DNA of 38,707 nucleotides from an uncultured Oligoflexus sp. (GCA_964236955.1 CAXSGP010000040.1:1-38707), one strand, 5' to 3'; positions 1 to 8,256 are shown, counted from the stretch's first letter. Notes: generated by a model from the sequence alone, not told the origin. Numbers and translations: made by a program.

Positions 1-50
1 TGCGTTACTGGGGATGTTCGACGTTGGCGTAGCCAAACGTCAACAGCCCC
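1..50. mobile_element. Probable end of an IS5-family element or IS5-derived MITE (runs off the left edge)
   Basis: Minus strand reads CTA|GGGGCTGTTGACGTTTGG..., resembling IS5-type terminal inverted repeats next to a CTAG/TA target. The 40..756 ORF reads into it and stops at a TGA inside this motif. Confidence 0.5.
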
Positions 51-756
51 TAGTAGTTCCAAGAACATGTCGGACACCATCTTCCTTGAAATCAGAGGGA
101 TAATATCTGATGTGAGTATAAGTACTAACACAGTCCCAATATCTTGCTGTTAGAGTGCCAGGTTCTGATGTGTGTCGGCAACTTACTGTTCCTTCGAGAT
201 TTTGTCTCAATTCCTGGAGAGAGGAAAGAACTTGGTCTGTATAAGTATTAATCGGATTGCCGTACCTGACAGTACAAGCGACAGCTCGAAGGCTAACGGC
301 CATGATATATGCTGGCGCAAGTGTATCTGCGACGTGCAGATTATTTATCACGTTAAATGTACGGATGGCTGATTCTGCGGAGTTGCTGTTTGAGATAAAA
401 TCCTCTAGAAAGTTGACCCCAGAAAAGGGGACTATCACATAGTCATTCATCAAAGCTTGCACTTGCGCTTCAAGCTCATTGAGGCGAACGCTAAATATTT
501 TCGAAATAATTTCTTCTTTAGCTTTATTAATGGCTGAAAGCACTTCATTCTGCCTCACAGCAACTTCTTGACCTTCTTTATAAGCTTTCATGAGGCTAAT
601 GGCTGCTTCAACTATGGCAGCCACTGGAATAGCCCGGAAGCTCGTCGAACCATTTACATTAGTCGTGATAAATTTGGGACTCGAATTTGATAAAAAATCA
701 TCAAAGGTTGCCGAATCAACTTCCTTGCAAAGACAGTTCGATTTCTCTACTTGCAT
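40..756 (-). CDS. AT-rich, mainly helical hypothetical protein (toxin-like), probably C-terminally truncated
   Basis: Long ORF (track 40..936). Likely start is ATG 756 (MQVEK...) after GGGGA. Has a hydrophobic helix AIPVAAIVEAAISLM followed by amphipathic helices; visibly more AT-rich than the core genes. Confidence 0.65.
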   Translation of the reverse strand: MQVEKSNCLCKEVDSATFDDFLSNSSPKFITTNVNGSTSFRAIPVAAIVEAAISLMKAYKEGQEVAVRQNEVLSAINKAKEEIISKIFSVRLNELEAQVQALMNDYVIVPFSGVNFLEDFISNSNSAESAIRTFNVINNLHVADTLAPAYIMAVSLRAVACTVRYGNPINTYTDQVLSSLQELRQNLEGTVSCRHTSEPGTLTARYWDCVSTYTHIRYYPSDFKEDGVRHVLGTTRGC

Positions 757-913
757 AGATTTTTTCCCCATTGAATCCCAGTTAGCTTCAAACAATACTT
801 TCATAGCATTCAAAAACAGCAAAACCACGACAGGATTAGGTTTGAAAAAATATAGACTTGGTAGGGTGCATTCTTTAAGAAAATTAATCATAAAATATCG
901 ACTAGATTTTTGG

Positions 914-968
914 AGATAGAGCAATGGCGAGTTCACACCTGAAGTGTGAGCTCGCCATTGCTCTATCT
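914..968. repeat. 25-bp inverted repeat (hairpin) with 5-nt loop
   Basis: AGATAGAGCAATGGCGAGTTCACAC-CTGAA-GTGTGAGCTCGCCATTGCTCTATCT, with one mismatch (G-U on the + strand). Confidence 0.9.
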
Positions 969-1154
969 TTAGTATTTCGGCGGCTAGGGGCCTGTGTATA
1001 GGTCTGCTACGCAGTCCGCGTAAAGTGGTGGCCTTTAAATCCTGCTTGAGAGAGGCGACGTTGGGTTTGACCTCCCATCAGTTGCAGTGGCGCTTCTAGT
1101 TCCATCCCTTTGTTGAGAGATCTCTTACCGTGCTTTCGGGCCAGACTTAAGTTG

Positions 1155-1199
1155 GGGGTTGATGCCGATTCGTTCAAAAATTAGCAGATCGCTATTAAG
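1155..1199 (+). mobile_element. Tn3-family terminal inverted repeat (Tn4651/Tn4652-like long IR)
   Basis: GGGGTTGATGCCGATTCGTTCAAAAATTAGCAGATCGCTATTAAG starts with GGGG, ends with TAAG, and has internal ATGCCGA and CAAAAATTAG as in Tn4651-clade ends. It faces inward toward the tnpA remnant. Confidence 0.7.
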
Positions 1200-1208
1200 T
1201 TATTGATT
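1196..1208 (-). promoter_or_regulatory. IHF binding site adjacent to the transposon IR
   Basis: AATCAATAACTTA is an exact match to WATCAANNNNTTR; IHF sites next to the IR are known in Tn3-family ends. Confidence 0.6.
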
Positions 1209-1259
1209 TTATTAAAATAAGTAAACAATAATCTATCTTATACGATCAGAGCGGCGAGG

Positions 1260-1823
1260 TCAGGCTAGTTTTGTGGTCTTTTTTGCTCGGACCCAAAGAT
1301 CTTGAATGGATTTCACTTTGCCAAGCGCTGCGCGCAGTCGCTGGGCATCAACGGCTTCCACCGAGTTCACGTTTGCAATAGATCCAATCAGTATTTCACA
1401 ATCCTGCATGCTGAGTATCATAGCTCCAATTAGCTCTGGATAGGCATTTGCAAAATTATCGATAGTCGCCAGCGTCACATCTTTTTTGCTGACATTGAAA
1501 GCCTTACATATTTTATCGATACTTGCTGGATCTGGAATCACCTTTCCATCCATCCAATTATAAAGCGTTTGCCTTGTTACACCAATTTTTCCTGCAATCT
1601 GCGTCAGATTATGGGAATTAGCCTGAGCGATATTTTCCACAAAGCTTTTAAAGCTCGGGTTATTCATTGCAGGATCGAATGCATAGTCGATCTTCTCATC
1701 AAGCCAAGCAGTATCACCTTTTTCCTTGGTTTGGAGAGATTCGCAGTATCTTTCGGCAACATCGATTGTATCGAATGAGATACCATCAACTTCAAAGCCT
1801 TTGGCCGTTTTTTTAATTTCCAT
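1260..1823 (-). CDS. XRE-family HTH protein, putative antitoxin/regulator
   Basis: HTH LTQIAGKIGVTRQTLYNWMDGKVIPDPASIDKICKAFNVS. ATG 1823 follows GGAGG and overlaps the upstream stop (translational coupling). Confidence 0.8.
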   Translation of the reverse strand: MEIKKTAKGFEVDGISFDTIDVAERYCESLQTKEKGDTAWLDEKIDYAFDPAMNNPSFKSFVENIAQANSHNLTQIAGKIGVTRQTLYNWMDGKVIPDPASIDKICKAFNVSKKDVTLATIDNFANAYPELIGAMILSMQDCEILIGSIANVNSVEAVDAQRLRAALGKVKSIQDLWVRAKKTTKLA

Positions 1824-2049
1824 GGTATTCCCTCCATGTTCTTCCAATTTCATAACGATGCTCTTTGACGATGGATATGACCTCTTTTAAAGGAGGTGTT
1901 TTTTTTCCACCAAAATCCATCACACTATAGCCATTTTGAATATTGAGCTTGACCCACCAATCATTGTGGATCACGTGACAGTGAGGCTGATGGTGGTCAT
2001 TGGTGTACACAACAATTCTGATTCCTCCCGATTCGTAGACTATTCCCAT
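1813..2049 (-). CDS. DUF4160-family small protein, putative type II toxin
   Basis: GIRIVVYTNDHHQPHCHV motif and C-terminal W-x-E-Y-H-G, both typical of DUF4160; 78 aa. Confidence 0.85.
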   Translation of the reverse strand: MGIVYESGGIRIVVYTNDHHQPHCHVIHNDWWVKLNIQNGYSVMDFGGKKTPPLKEVISIVKEHRYEIGRTWREYHGN

Positions 2050-2077
2050 CCCCCCGGCCCCCCCACCGCTTAAAGGA

Positions 2078-2120
2078 AGCTTATGAGATCCTTATCGGCA
2101 TGTCAAATATATATTTGACA
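2078..2120 (-). promoter_or_regulatory. Promoter of the DUF4160-XRE operon with a perfect 20-bp palindromic operator
   Basis: Palindrome TGTCAAATATATATTTGACA at 2101-2120. Minus strand gives TTGACA-N17-TAAGCT (sigma70-like) and also TCAA-N15-GCCGATAA (sigma28-like). Confidence 0.7.
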
Positions 2121-2149
2121 CATATTTTTATTTTAGATATGCCTTTGTT

Positions 2150-2398
2150 TTAATTCACTAAATTAAGTTCGAATCTTGGAGGATCAGGAATTTTCGCGAC
2201 ATCCAACTCGTATTTGCCAAACCTATTGATGTACTCTGTTCGATAAGGAGACAAGGCTTTTATGCACTCGGGGGACACTGTTTTGCCCTCTTGAGCGATC
2301 TCTTCCAGAACGCGGGTCAGGTGCACGACGTTGTAAAATACAACAAGATTGCCGACCAAATGATTATAGCGAAGCGCTTTTTGATGGCTACTTTCGGT
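2150..2398 (-). pseudogene. tnpA: Tn3-family transposase C-terminal remnant
   Basis: Frame reads HQKALRYNHLVGNLVVFYNVVHLTRVL...LSPYRTEYINRFGKYELD, the conserved Tn3 TnpA C-terminus. An in-frame stop lies at 2399-2401 and the rest of the gene is absent. Confidence 0.9.
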
Positions 2399-2486
2399 CT
2401 AGGAAAGCCTTGCTTCTTTCGGACCCAATTCCAGCTTCGGCTCCTGCATGCCTTACGTCTGCCAACTCGCAGCTCCGCGTTGCCAG

Positions 2487-3740
2487 CTATTTCTTCGGCC
2501 ACAAAACTTTGCGATTGATCATCTCACTGACAAAGGCCCGAACATCGCTCAGCCCCGAGTTATGAACGCCCGGCTTAAAGAAAGCGTGATCAAGAATTTG
2601 GCCCTCCCCTTCAAATAAAGTAAGGAACCTCCTTTCCAAAGCGCTAATGCCCAGCCGCCACTCGCAGTCCCGGTCCGGTGCAAAACGATATTCAATAAAC
2701 ACATCCTTCGCCGCATAAAAATTCTCTTCAGCCGTCTGCAATCGATTGGCAACGAAGGAAACATTCGGACTCAATCGGAAAACAGCTTCCGGCAGATTCC
2801 AGAGCCGCGCGTGGGCTTCGACGCATTCCTCCCAGGTATCGCTGGGCTTCAGGCTGATTTCACCCTCTTCATCCCGCTCGTCCCCTTCGACTTCGTCTTC
2901 CAGATGCTCAGGCACGATAGTGTCCATCGCGCGATCGAATGATATGGATTCCCTAATGGCGAGTGAATTGGCGATCGTCCAGAGATCCTGACGACGCTCG
3001 GTGACGGCAGCGGCGCATTCGCGCATCAACTCCTTCTCGCGCCCCGCCCACTGACCCCAGAGAGCAATCAACGCCTCTTCGGTCCAACCTTCTTGAGTCG
3101 ATACGCTGTGAATCCGGCTTGCCAAACTATCAAAGGCTTTAAAATACCGTTCGAGATCAAAGCCAACCTCCTTCAAAGACCATTGGGCCAGAACGAGTTC
3201 AATCTGACTGCCAAGAGTTTGCACCTGCACCCAAAAGTTTTCCCCGGTTTGACCGTGATCAGAGAAGCAAAAGAAAGTCGAACACACAGCATTGCGGAAG
3301 GCGTGAATATCGCAATAACCGGTCTTTTCGTCGAGCATGGGGCAAAGCACCTTAACGCTGCGGCCAAAGGAATCCTGCTGTTGATCGTCAAGAAAATCTA
3401 TCCACTGACCTGGGGTGGAATACATCCCTTCGGGAAGGAGCATACCGCGTTTTATCAGGCGATCGATGGCACGATCGCCAGCTGGCGTCTCCGATCCCAG
3501 GCCGAGGAGAAAATTGCTTACCCGTGGGTGATAGGTGCAGCAGCGATAGTCCGCGCGAAAACCATCATAACAGGCCTTCGGGCAGTTCATGCAGGTGGCC
3601 CGGCGCTCTTCAGGAAACTTCAATTGAAACAAATCCCTTGGCATCATCTCGGTCCAGATGCCTGGAAAACTATGTCCTGCCAGTTGAACGGGTCGGAGAA
3701 AAGGATCGTCATGCTGGAGGAGAGCTTTTAGTCTAGGCAT
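2487..3740 (-). CDS. Cys-cluster (YkgJ/CxxCxxCC-like, Zn or Fe-S) protein with C-terminal wHTH-like domain
   Basis: CMNCPKAC...RCCTYHP...CPMLDEKTGYCDIHAFRNAVCSTFFC; 417 aa. Confidence 0.7.
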   Translation of the reverse strand: MPRLKALLQHDDPFLRPVQLAGHSFPGIWTEMMPRDLFQLKFPEERRATCMNCPKACYDGFRADYRCCTYHPRVSNFLLGLGSETPAGDRAIDRLIKRGMLLPEGMYSTPGQWIDFLDDQQQDSFGRSVKVLCPMLDEKTGYCDIHAFRNAVCSTFFCFSDHGQTGENFWVQVQTLGSQIELVLAQWSLKEVGFDLERYFKAFDSLASRIHSVSTQEGWTEEALIALWGQWAGREKELMRECAAAVTERRQDLWTIANSLAIRESISFDRAMDTIVPEHLEDEVEGDERDEEGEISLKPSDTWEECVEAHARLWNLPEAVFRLSPNVSFVANRLQTAEENFYAAKDVFIEYRFAPDRDCEWRLGISALERRFLTLFEGEGQILDHAFFKPGVHNSGLSDVRAFVSEMINRKVLWPKK

Positions 3741-4164
3741 GTTGAAATATCCGCCGGCTAGTGAATCTGAGCGGCAAGCTATAGGAAACGGCCTATTATC
3801 GCAAGCCTGCTCATGTCATGACCCCAGCTAAAGCGTCCGGAAGGCCCCCCATCTTATCATAATCAGTTCAGTTTGGTTTTCTACCCTACGATCCAGCAAG
3901 GACAAGATAAGACCGACATAAAGTCACTTAGGCGCCTCGACATTGAATTCTGCTTTCATTTGAGTTATACACATAAGAATAGGAGCAAAGATCTCCTCCA
4001 GCCGCCAGGCTTAACCTATTTCCTGACATGGTAAAGCACTTCGGCTCCCCAAGACACTATGGATTAGGTCCCAGAAGCTCCCTTCTGCAGCAGCATGAAA
4101 ACTTAAGTTTTTCAGCCTTTTAGTACAATAAAAGAGCCTAAGCATTGAAAACTAAAGCCAAGCG

Positions 4165-4192
4165 TCAGGTTATTAGGGGCTCATGCCGACAT
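4165..4192 (+). promoter_or_regulatory. Possible sigma28 (FliA)-type promoter
   Basis: TCAG-N16-GCCGACAT, about 95 bp upstream of the helicase start. Confidence 0.35.
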
Positions 4193-4286
4193 AGTAGTAT
4201 AATGTCTGTAGCCCCTCTCGTCATGAGGTTGAAAGAGTTCCTTCCTGTTTGCAAGGGACTCGAATCGCCACTATTAAGGAAAATGA

Positions 4287-6701
4287 ATGTCCGATTTGAA
4301 AAACAAGCCTTCGAGCAACAAGCCTTCAAAAAACAAGCCAACTCATGCCGAAAAGGCCATGAAAAAAGCGGCCAATGCGCGCAAGGCTCGTGAAGAGGCC
4401 GTGAAACTCGAAGACAAACGACGGCTGGAAGACAAGGCTTTTACCGATGCCTACGCCGCACTGCTTGTTGACGGCCACGTCGCCGGTACCCAGGTTCTCC
4501 GTCTTCCACCACTTTTTATTGAAGATGATCGTCTCGCATCGTTCTATGGCGCGTATTATCAGCTGTCTGCCGGCATGCCCTCCTCAGTGAGGAAGGCTTT
4601 CAGCGACGTGCATGAGCGCTTTTTTCTCAAAGTAAATTCTCTCTATGAACTCCTTTCGATCGGTCGCCCGATTGAGAATCGTAAAGACCGTCAAAACGTT
4701 CTCGACAGTTCGCTCGCCGAATTCTGGAAGATCTATCCCCACATTCGCAAGGCCCAAAGCCGCGTCGCCGGCACAGTGAAACTCCTCGCCCGGTTTAAGG
4801 AAGAGCAGATCGTGGCCAAGGCGATCGCGGAAAAAGCCAAGATCGAGGCGCCCGCCCCTGAGACCGTCGAGACCGAGGCCGGTGATGCCGTCGAGAAGAC
4901 CAGGGACAAAGAAAGAGATCGCGCGGCCGATCTTAAAGCCCTCGAACAGAATATCTCGAACCAGGACCATCATCTGGCGCAAGCCCAAAAGGCTCTCGGC
5001 AGTGAGCTGACGGCTTTGGTCCGTCTCACAAAAAATACCGAGACCCTTTTAACAGCGACTCTGCGTGGCTACTATATCTCACGCGATCGCCGCTTTTCTT
5101 CGTATGAAAGTGTGTTTGAGGGTGCCCATGCTCTGGGCCGCGAGCATATTGCGGTTCTTGGCCCCACCAACTCTGGCAAGACTCACGAGGCGATGGAGGC
5201 TCTAAAAGCCGCCAAAACCGGAATCTATCTCGCCCCTCTGCGCCTTCTCGCTCTCGAAAACTTCGAACGACTGGCGAGCGTGAATCTGGCAGCTCGCTTG
5301 GAAACGGGTGAAGAAAGTCTCGGCGCTTCGCGTGAAAACGCGACCCACTACTCGATGACCGTTGAGAAGTGTCCTTACGATAAGGTCTTTGATGTTGCCG
5401 TTATCGATGAGGTGCAGATGCTGGCCGATCCGGATCGTGGCGCAAGCTGGACCGCCGCCATCCTTGGAATCCGGGCGAAAAAGATCTTTTTGCTGGGATC
5501 GGCTGCATCGGCAGAGGTTTTGAGTCGATTGACATCGCTTACGGGGGAAAATCTCTCGTTCGTCTATAAGGAGCGCTTGTCGCCCCTGCGCATCGATCCA
5601 AAGCCGATACGCTCGGCCAAGGACCTGATGCGTGGTGATGCCCTCATCACCTTTAGTCGCGACGGGGTGCTTCGAACCAAGCAGCTTTTGCAAAAGAGCG
5701 GTCTCAAAGCGTCGGTGATTTACGGCGGACTTTCCCCTGAAGTCCGGCGGGCGGAGACCGAAAAATTCCGCGCTGGCGAAACCGATATCGTTATTGCCAC
5801 AGATGCGATTGGTATGGGCCTTAACCTTCCGATCCGCCGCATCGTGTTCATGGAAACCCAGAAATATAACGGCGAAGGAATAGTCGATCTCTCCCATTCG
5901 CAGTTCCTCCAGATCGCCGGTCGTGCGGGTCGCTACGCACTTTCCAATGGTATCGCCACGGGCGAAGAAGGGGTTGCCGCCGTTATCGGTCAGGGCGATC
6001 TTCCCTTCCTGCAACGGGCGCTGTCGAAAGACCTTAACCCACTGAGCTTGGCCTGTCTGGTGGCCGAACCCCTGATGCTGCACATCGATGTCCTGGCCGA
6101 AGAATTGAAGACGGATAACCTGGTCGATATACTTGGTGCCTTTACCTACCGTTCAAACAACGACAGTATTCGCCGCTACGTCTCGCCCTCGCTGTCAGAA
6201 GCCGCACTTTGCCTAGAGGAATACCTGGTCGAACTCAAGGCAGAGGGCACCTGCCGCTTTCCGCCCAGCCTAGCTCAGAAGTTCTTCTTATCCCGGCTGC
6301 CGCTGCGATTGAATGAGGACTCCCATTACTTCTTCTTCCGGGCGCTGATCCGTTCGTTTGCGAAGACCAATATGCATCTGAGACCCGAAGACGCCTTCGA
6401 ACATCTCGATCGAGTCGATCGCGTGGATCTTAAAACCTGCGAGTTGGAACGGGGATTGGTGACGGCCTATCTTCACCTTTCGCTGAATGAGGAAGAGCGG
6501 GCCCATACCATCTCCTTTCGTCAGGACCTCGATCGTCGATCCGAAACTCTGCTTTCCCAAGGCAAAGGCGCCAAGGAATCCGATAAGATCGCCTGGCCTT
6601 CGATCTGCGAAAAATGTGGCCGTAGTATGGGCAAAGCGATCAATTTTAAGATCTGTCGGCCCTGCTTCACCAACTCACGATATCGCGAAGGCGATTACTG
6701 A
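4287..6701 (+). CDS. Suv3-like SF2 RNA helicase with N-terminal extension and C-terminal Zn ribbon
   Basis: GPTNSGKT (motif I), YLAPLRLLALE (Ia), IDEVQM (II), ATDAIGMGLNLPIRRIVF (V), QIAGRAGR (VI); C-terminal CEKCG...CRPC. Confidence 0.92.
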   Translation: MSDLKNKPSSNKPSKNKPTHAEKAMKKAANARKAREEAVKLEDKRRLEDKAFTDAYAALLVDGHVAGTQVLRLPPLFIEDDRLASFYGAYYQLSAGMPSSVRKAFSDVHERFFLKVNSLYELLSIGRPIENRKDRQNVLDSSLAEFWKIYPHIRKAQSRVAGTVKLLARFKEEQIVAKAIAEKAKIEAPAPETVETEAGDAVEKTRDKERDRAADLKALEQNISNQDHHLAQAQKALGSELTALVRLTKNTETLLTATLRGYYISRDRRFSSYESVFEGAHALGREHIAVLGPTNSGKTHEAMEALKAAKTGIYLAPLRLLALENFERLASVNLAARLETGEESLGASRENATHYSMTVEKCPYDKVFDVAVIDEVQMLADPDRGASWTAAILGIRAKKIFLLGSAASAEVLSRLTSLTGENLSFVYKERLSPLRIDPKPIRSAKDLMRGDALITFSRDGVLRTKQLLQKSGLKASVIYGGLSPEVRRAETEKFRAGETDIVIATDAIGMGLNLPIRRIVFMETQKYNGEGIVDLSHSQFLQIAGRAGRYALSNGIATGEEGVAAVIGQGDLPFLQRALSKDLNPLSLACLVAEPLMLHIDVLAEELKTDNLVDILGAFTYRSNNDSIRRYVSPSLSEAALCLEEYLVELKAEGTCRFPPSLAQKFFLSRLPLRLNEDSHYFFFRALIRSFAKTNMHLRPEDAFEHLDRVDRVDLKTCELERGLVTAYLHLSLNEEERAHTISFRQDLDRRSETLLSQGKGAKESDKIAWPSICEKCGRSMGKAINFKICRPCFTNSRYREGDY

Positions 6702-6719
6702 TATCGGCCTTTGTTAAGG

Positions 6720-6757
6720 GCGGAATTCGAGTGCTTATCTGGAATTCCGCAGCTTTT
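6720..6757 (+). terminator. Possible terminator hairpin after the helicase
   Basis: GCGGAATTC...GAATTCCGC followed by AGCTTTT. Confidence 0.45.
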
Positions 6758-6903
6758 CCCTGCCCTCCCGAAAGTCAGCAGCCCCCCTCTCCGACATTTG
6801 CGTATAAGAGTTCTTATTGCCTTGACCCGGGTCGAGCGCTCCTGTAACAAATCCTCGTTTGCACCGGTCTAACAGCCGGTCTTAGAATTTTGGAGAGCAC
6901 ACG

Positions 6904-7707
6904 ATGATTTCATATCTTGGCGTAACTATTGACGAACTTGTACAAACCTTTGAAGCTGCTTTTTCCTTTTCTGACGACCGCACGGACCGTGTACATGAAG
7001 AGCCTTATCACCTCGAAGAAGTGATCATCGATGAAAATAACGACGCTCTGATCGCAGAACTGGCAGAAGCCTCTGATATTCAAGACGATGATTTCGATGA
7101 TGAAGAGGATGAGTTTGAAGATGAAGGCGATGACGATTTTGTAGACGTCTTTGTCGATGACGATGGACGTCTGCATTCTCTTGGCGAATCCTTATCTTTT
7201 GCCGCTGAAGCGGTTATCGGCTTTTTGACCGACTATATCATTACGGATGACCTGGATGAAGAGTGGCTCTCACTTGATCATGCGCGCGGCGCCCTGCTTG
7301 CCCTTCGCATTTCACTGCCATCGCTTGAAGAAGTTCCTGAGGTTGCATGTGCCTATAGTTTCACCATCGATCGCGATCCCATTAGTGGACTGCCGTCTTT
7401 TGTTTCGATGAAGGCCTTGAGCCCGGACACAACGCTTCTCGATTCCCTGACACGAACCGCTACTCAGTATCGCGGCGTTGTGAGTGATGAGACTGCTCTT
7501 GAAGAACTTTTTGAATCGGTATCCATTCCAGAGAATGAGCGTTTTCCATTGGGTGATGCGATTTCTGAGGCAGCCTTCCACTTGGCAGACGAGCAGTGCG
7601 GCATCGCCTTCGATGTCAGCAAATTCCGTGGCGATCTTTTGAAACTGGCAGCGAAACGCCGTGTTCATGTCGTTCTTGACGAGCAGGATTCCGAACTTAA
7701 GCATTGA
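6904..7707 (+). CDS. Highly acidic hypothetical protein
   Basis: 267-aa ORF with GGAG SD and the D/E tract DDDFDDEEDEFEDEGDDDF; followed by a terminator. Confidence 0.8.
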   Translation: MISYLGVTIDELVQTFEAAFSFSDDRTDRVHEEPYHLEEVIIDENNDALIAELAEASDIQDDDFDDEEDEFEDEGDDDFVDVFVDDDGRLHSLGESLSFAAEAVIGFLTDYIITDDLDEEWLSLDHARGALLALRISLPSLEEVPEVACAYSFTIDRDPISGLPSFVSMKALSPDTTLLDSLTRTATQYRGVVSDETALEELFESVSIPENERFPLGDAISEAAFHLADEQCGIAFDVSKFRGDLLKLAAKRRVHVVLDEQDSELKH

Positions 7708-7726
7708 TTCCCTATCGATTGAAGTC

Positions 7727-7756
7727 AGGCCTCGCTTTGCAGCGGGGCCTTTTTTT
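7727..7756 (+). terminator. Rho-independent terminator
   Basis: AGGCCTCGCT-TTGC-AGCGGGGCCT followed by a T run. Confidence 0.85.
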
Positions 7757-7832
7757 ACCTGCCTTTCGGTACAGAATGAGTAGCACTTCATGCCCGGCAT
7801 GATAGAAGTGAATTAGGGAGGATGAGGAAGCA

Positions 7833-8225
7833 ATGAAAACTCAAACCTGGATCGTCGTTACCTTCGCTTTGGCCGTGATCGCTTCGGGCTCCCTTTATCT
7901 TTTCAACGCAGCAAAAAAAGCCGAGCGCCTGGCTGCGTCCCCGTACGAGCGAGGTTGGCTTTTGATAGAAGACAATGGCTGCACGAGTTGTCATCAAAAC
8001 GATTCAAGCTTTCGGGCGCCGACTCTGGCCAATCTCTATGGCAGCAAAGTCACGCTTGATGATGGCTCCGAGCTTACTGCCGACGATAACTATATTCGGG
8101 AATCTCTGCTCAACCCTAAAGTCAAGGTACGGGCGGGCTACCAAAATACCATGCCTAGTTTCGAGGGCCTCTTAAGTGATGAAGACATTGGTTTTATCAT
8201 CGAAGCCTTAAAAACCAAAATATGA
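7833..8225 (+). CDS. Membrane-anchored monoheme cytochrome c
   Basis: N-terminal TM helix, CTSCH heme motif and distal Met in NTMPSF; resembles the cytochrome c domain of caa3 oxidase subunit II. Confidence 0.9.
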   Translation: MKTQTWIVVTFALAVIASGSLYLFNAAKKAERLAASPYERGWLLIEDNGCTSCHQNDSSFRAPTLANLYGSKVTLDDGSELTADDNYIRESLLNPKVKVRAGYQNTMPSFEGLLSDEDIGFIIEALKTKI

Positions 8226-8256
8226 AAAAGAGCCCAAGGTATTGATCCCCGGGCTC
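8225..8256 (-). terminator. Terminator of the carboxylase gene
   Basis: Minus strand GAGCCCGGGG-ATCAATA-CCTTGGGCTC-TTTTT. Confidence 0.75.

Noticed and set aside
757..936. N-terminal 60 codons of the 298-aa ORF call
   Set aside because: The called start lies inside the hairpin with no SD; ATG 756 is better supported.
914..968. Retron msd or CRISPR repeat
   Set aside because: It is a single hairpin, with no RT gene, no repeat-spacer periodicity and no cas genes.
2317..2502. 61-aa ORF as a precursor peptide for the Cys-cluster enzyme
   Set aside because: GTG start without a clear SD, and it runs out of frame through the tnpA remnant.
4176..4222. GGGGCTCATGCCGA as the second Tn3 IR
   Set aside because: Same orientation as the 1155 IR and similarity ends after about 14 nt; better explained as a promoter -10 region within a hairpin.
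5202..6083. 293-aa minus-strand ORF and similar long antisense ORFs inside the carboxylase and kinase genes
   Set aside because: Codon-bias shadows of well-supported genes on the opposite strand.
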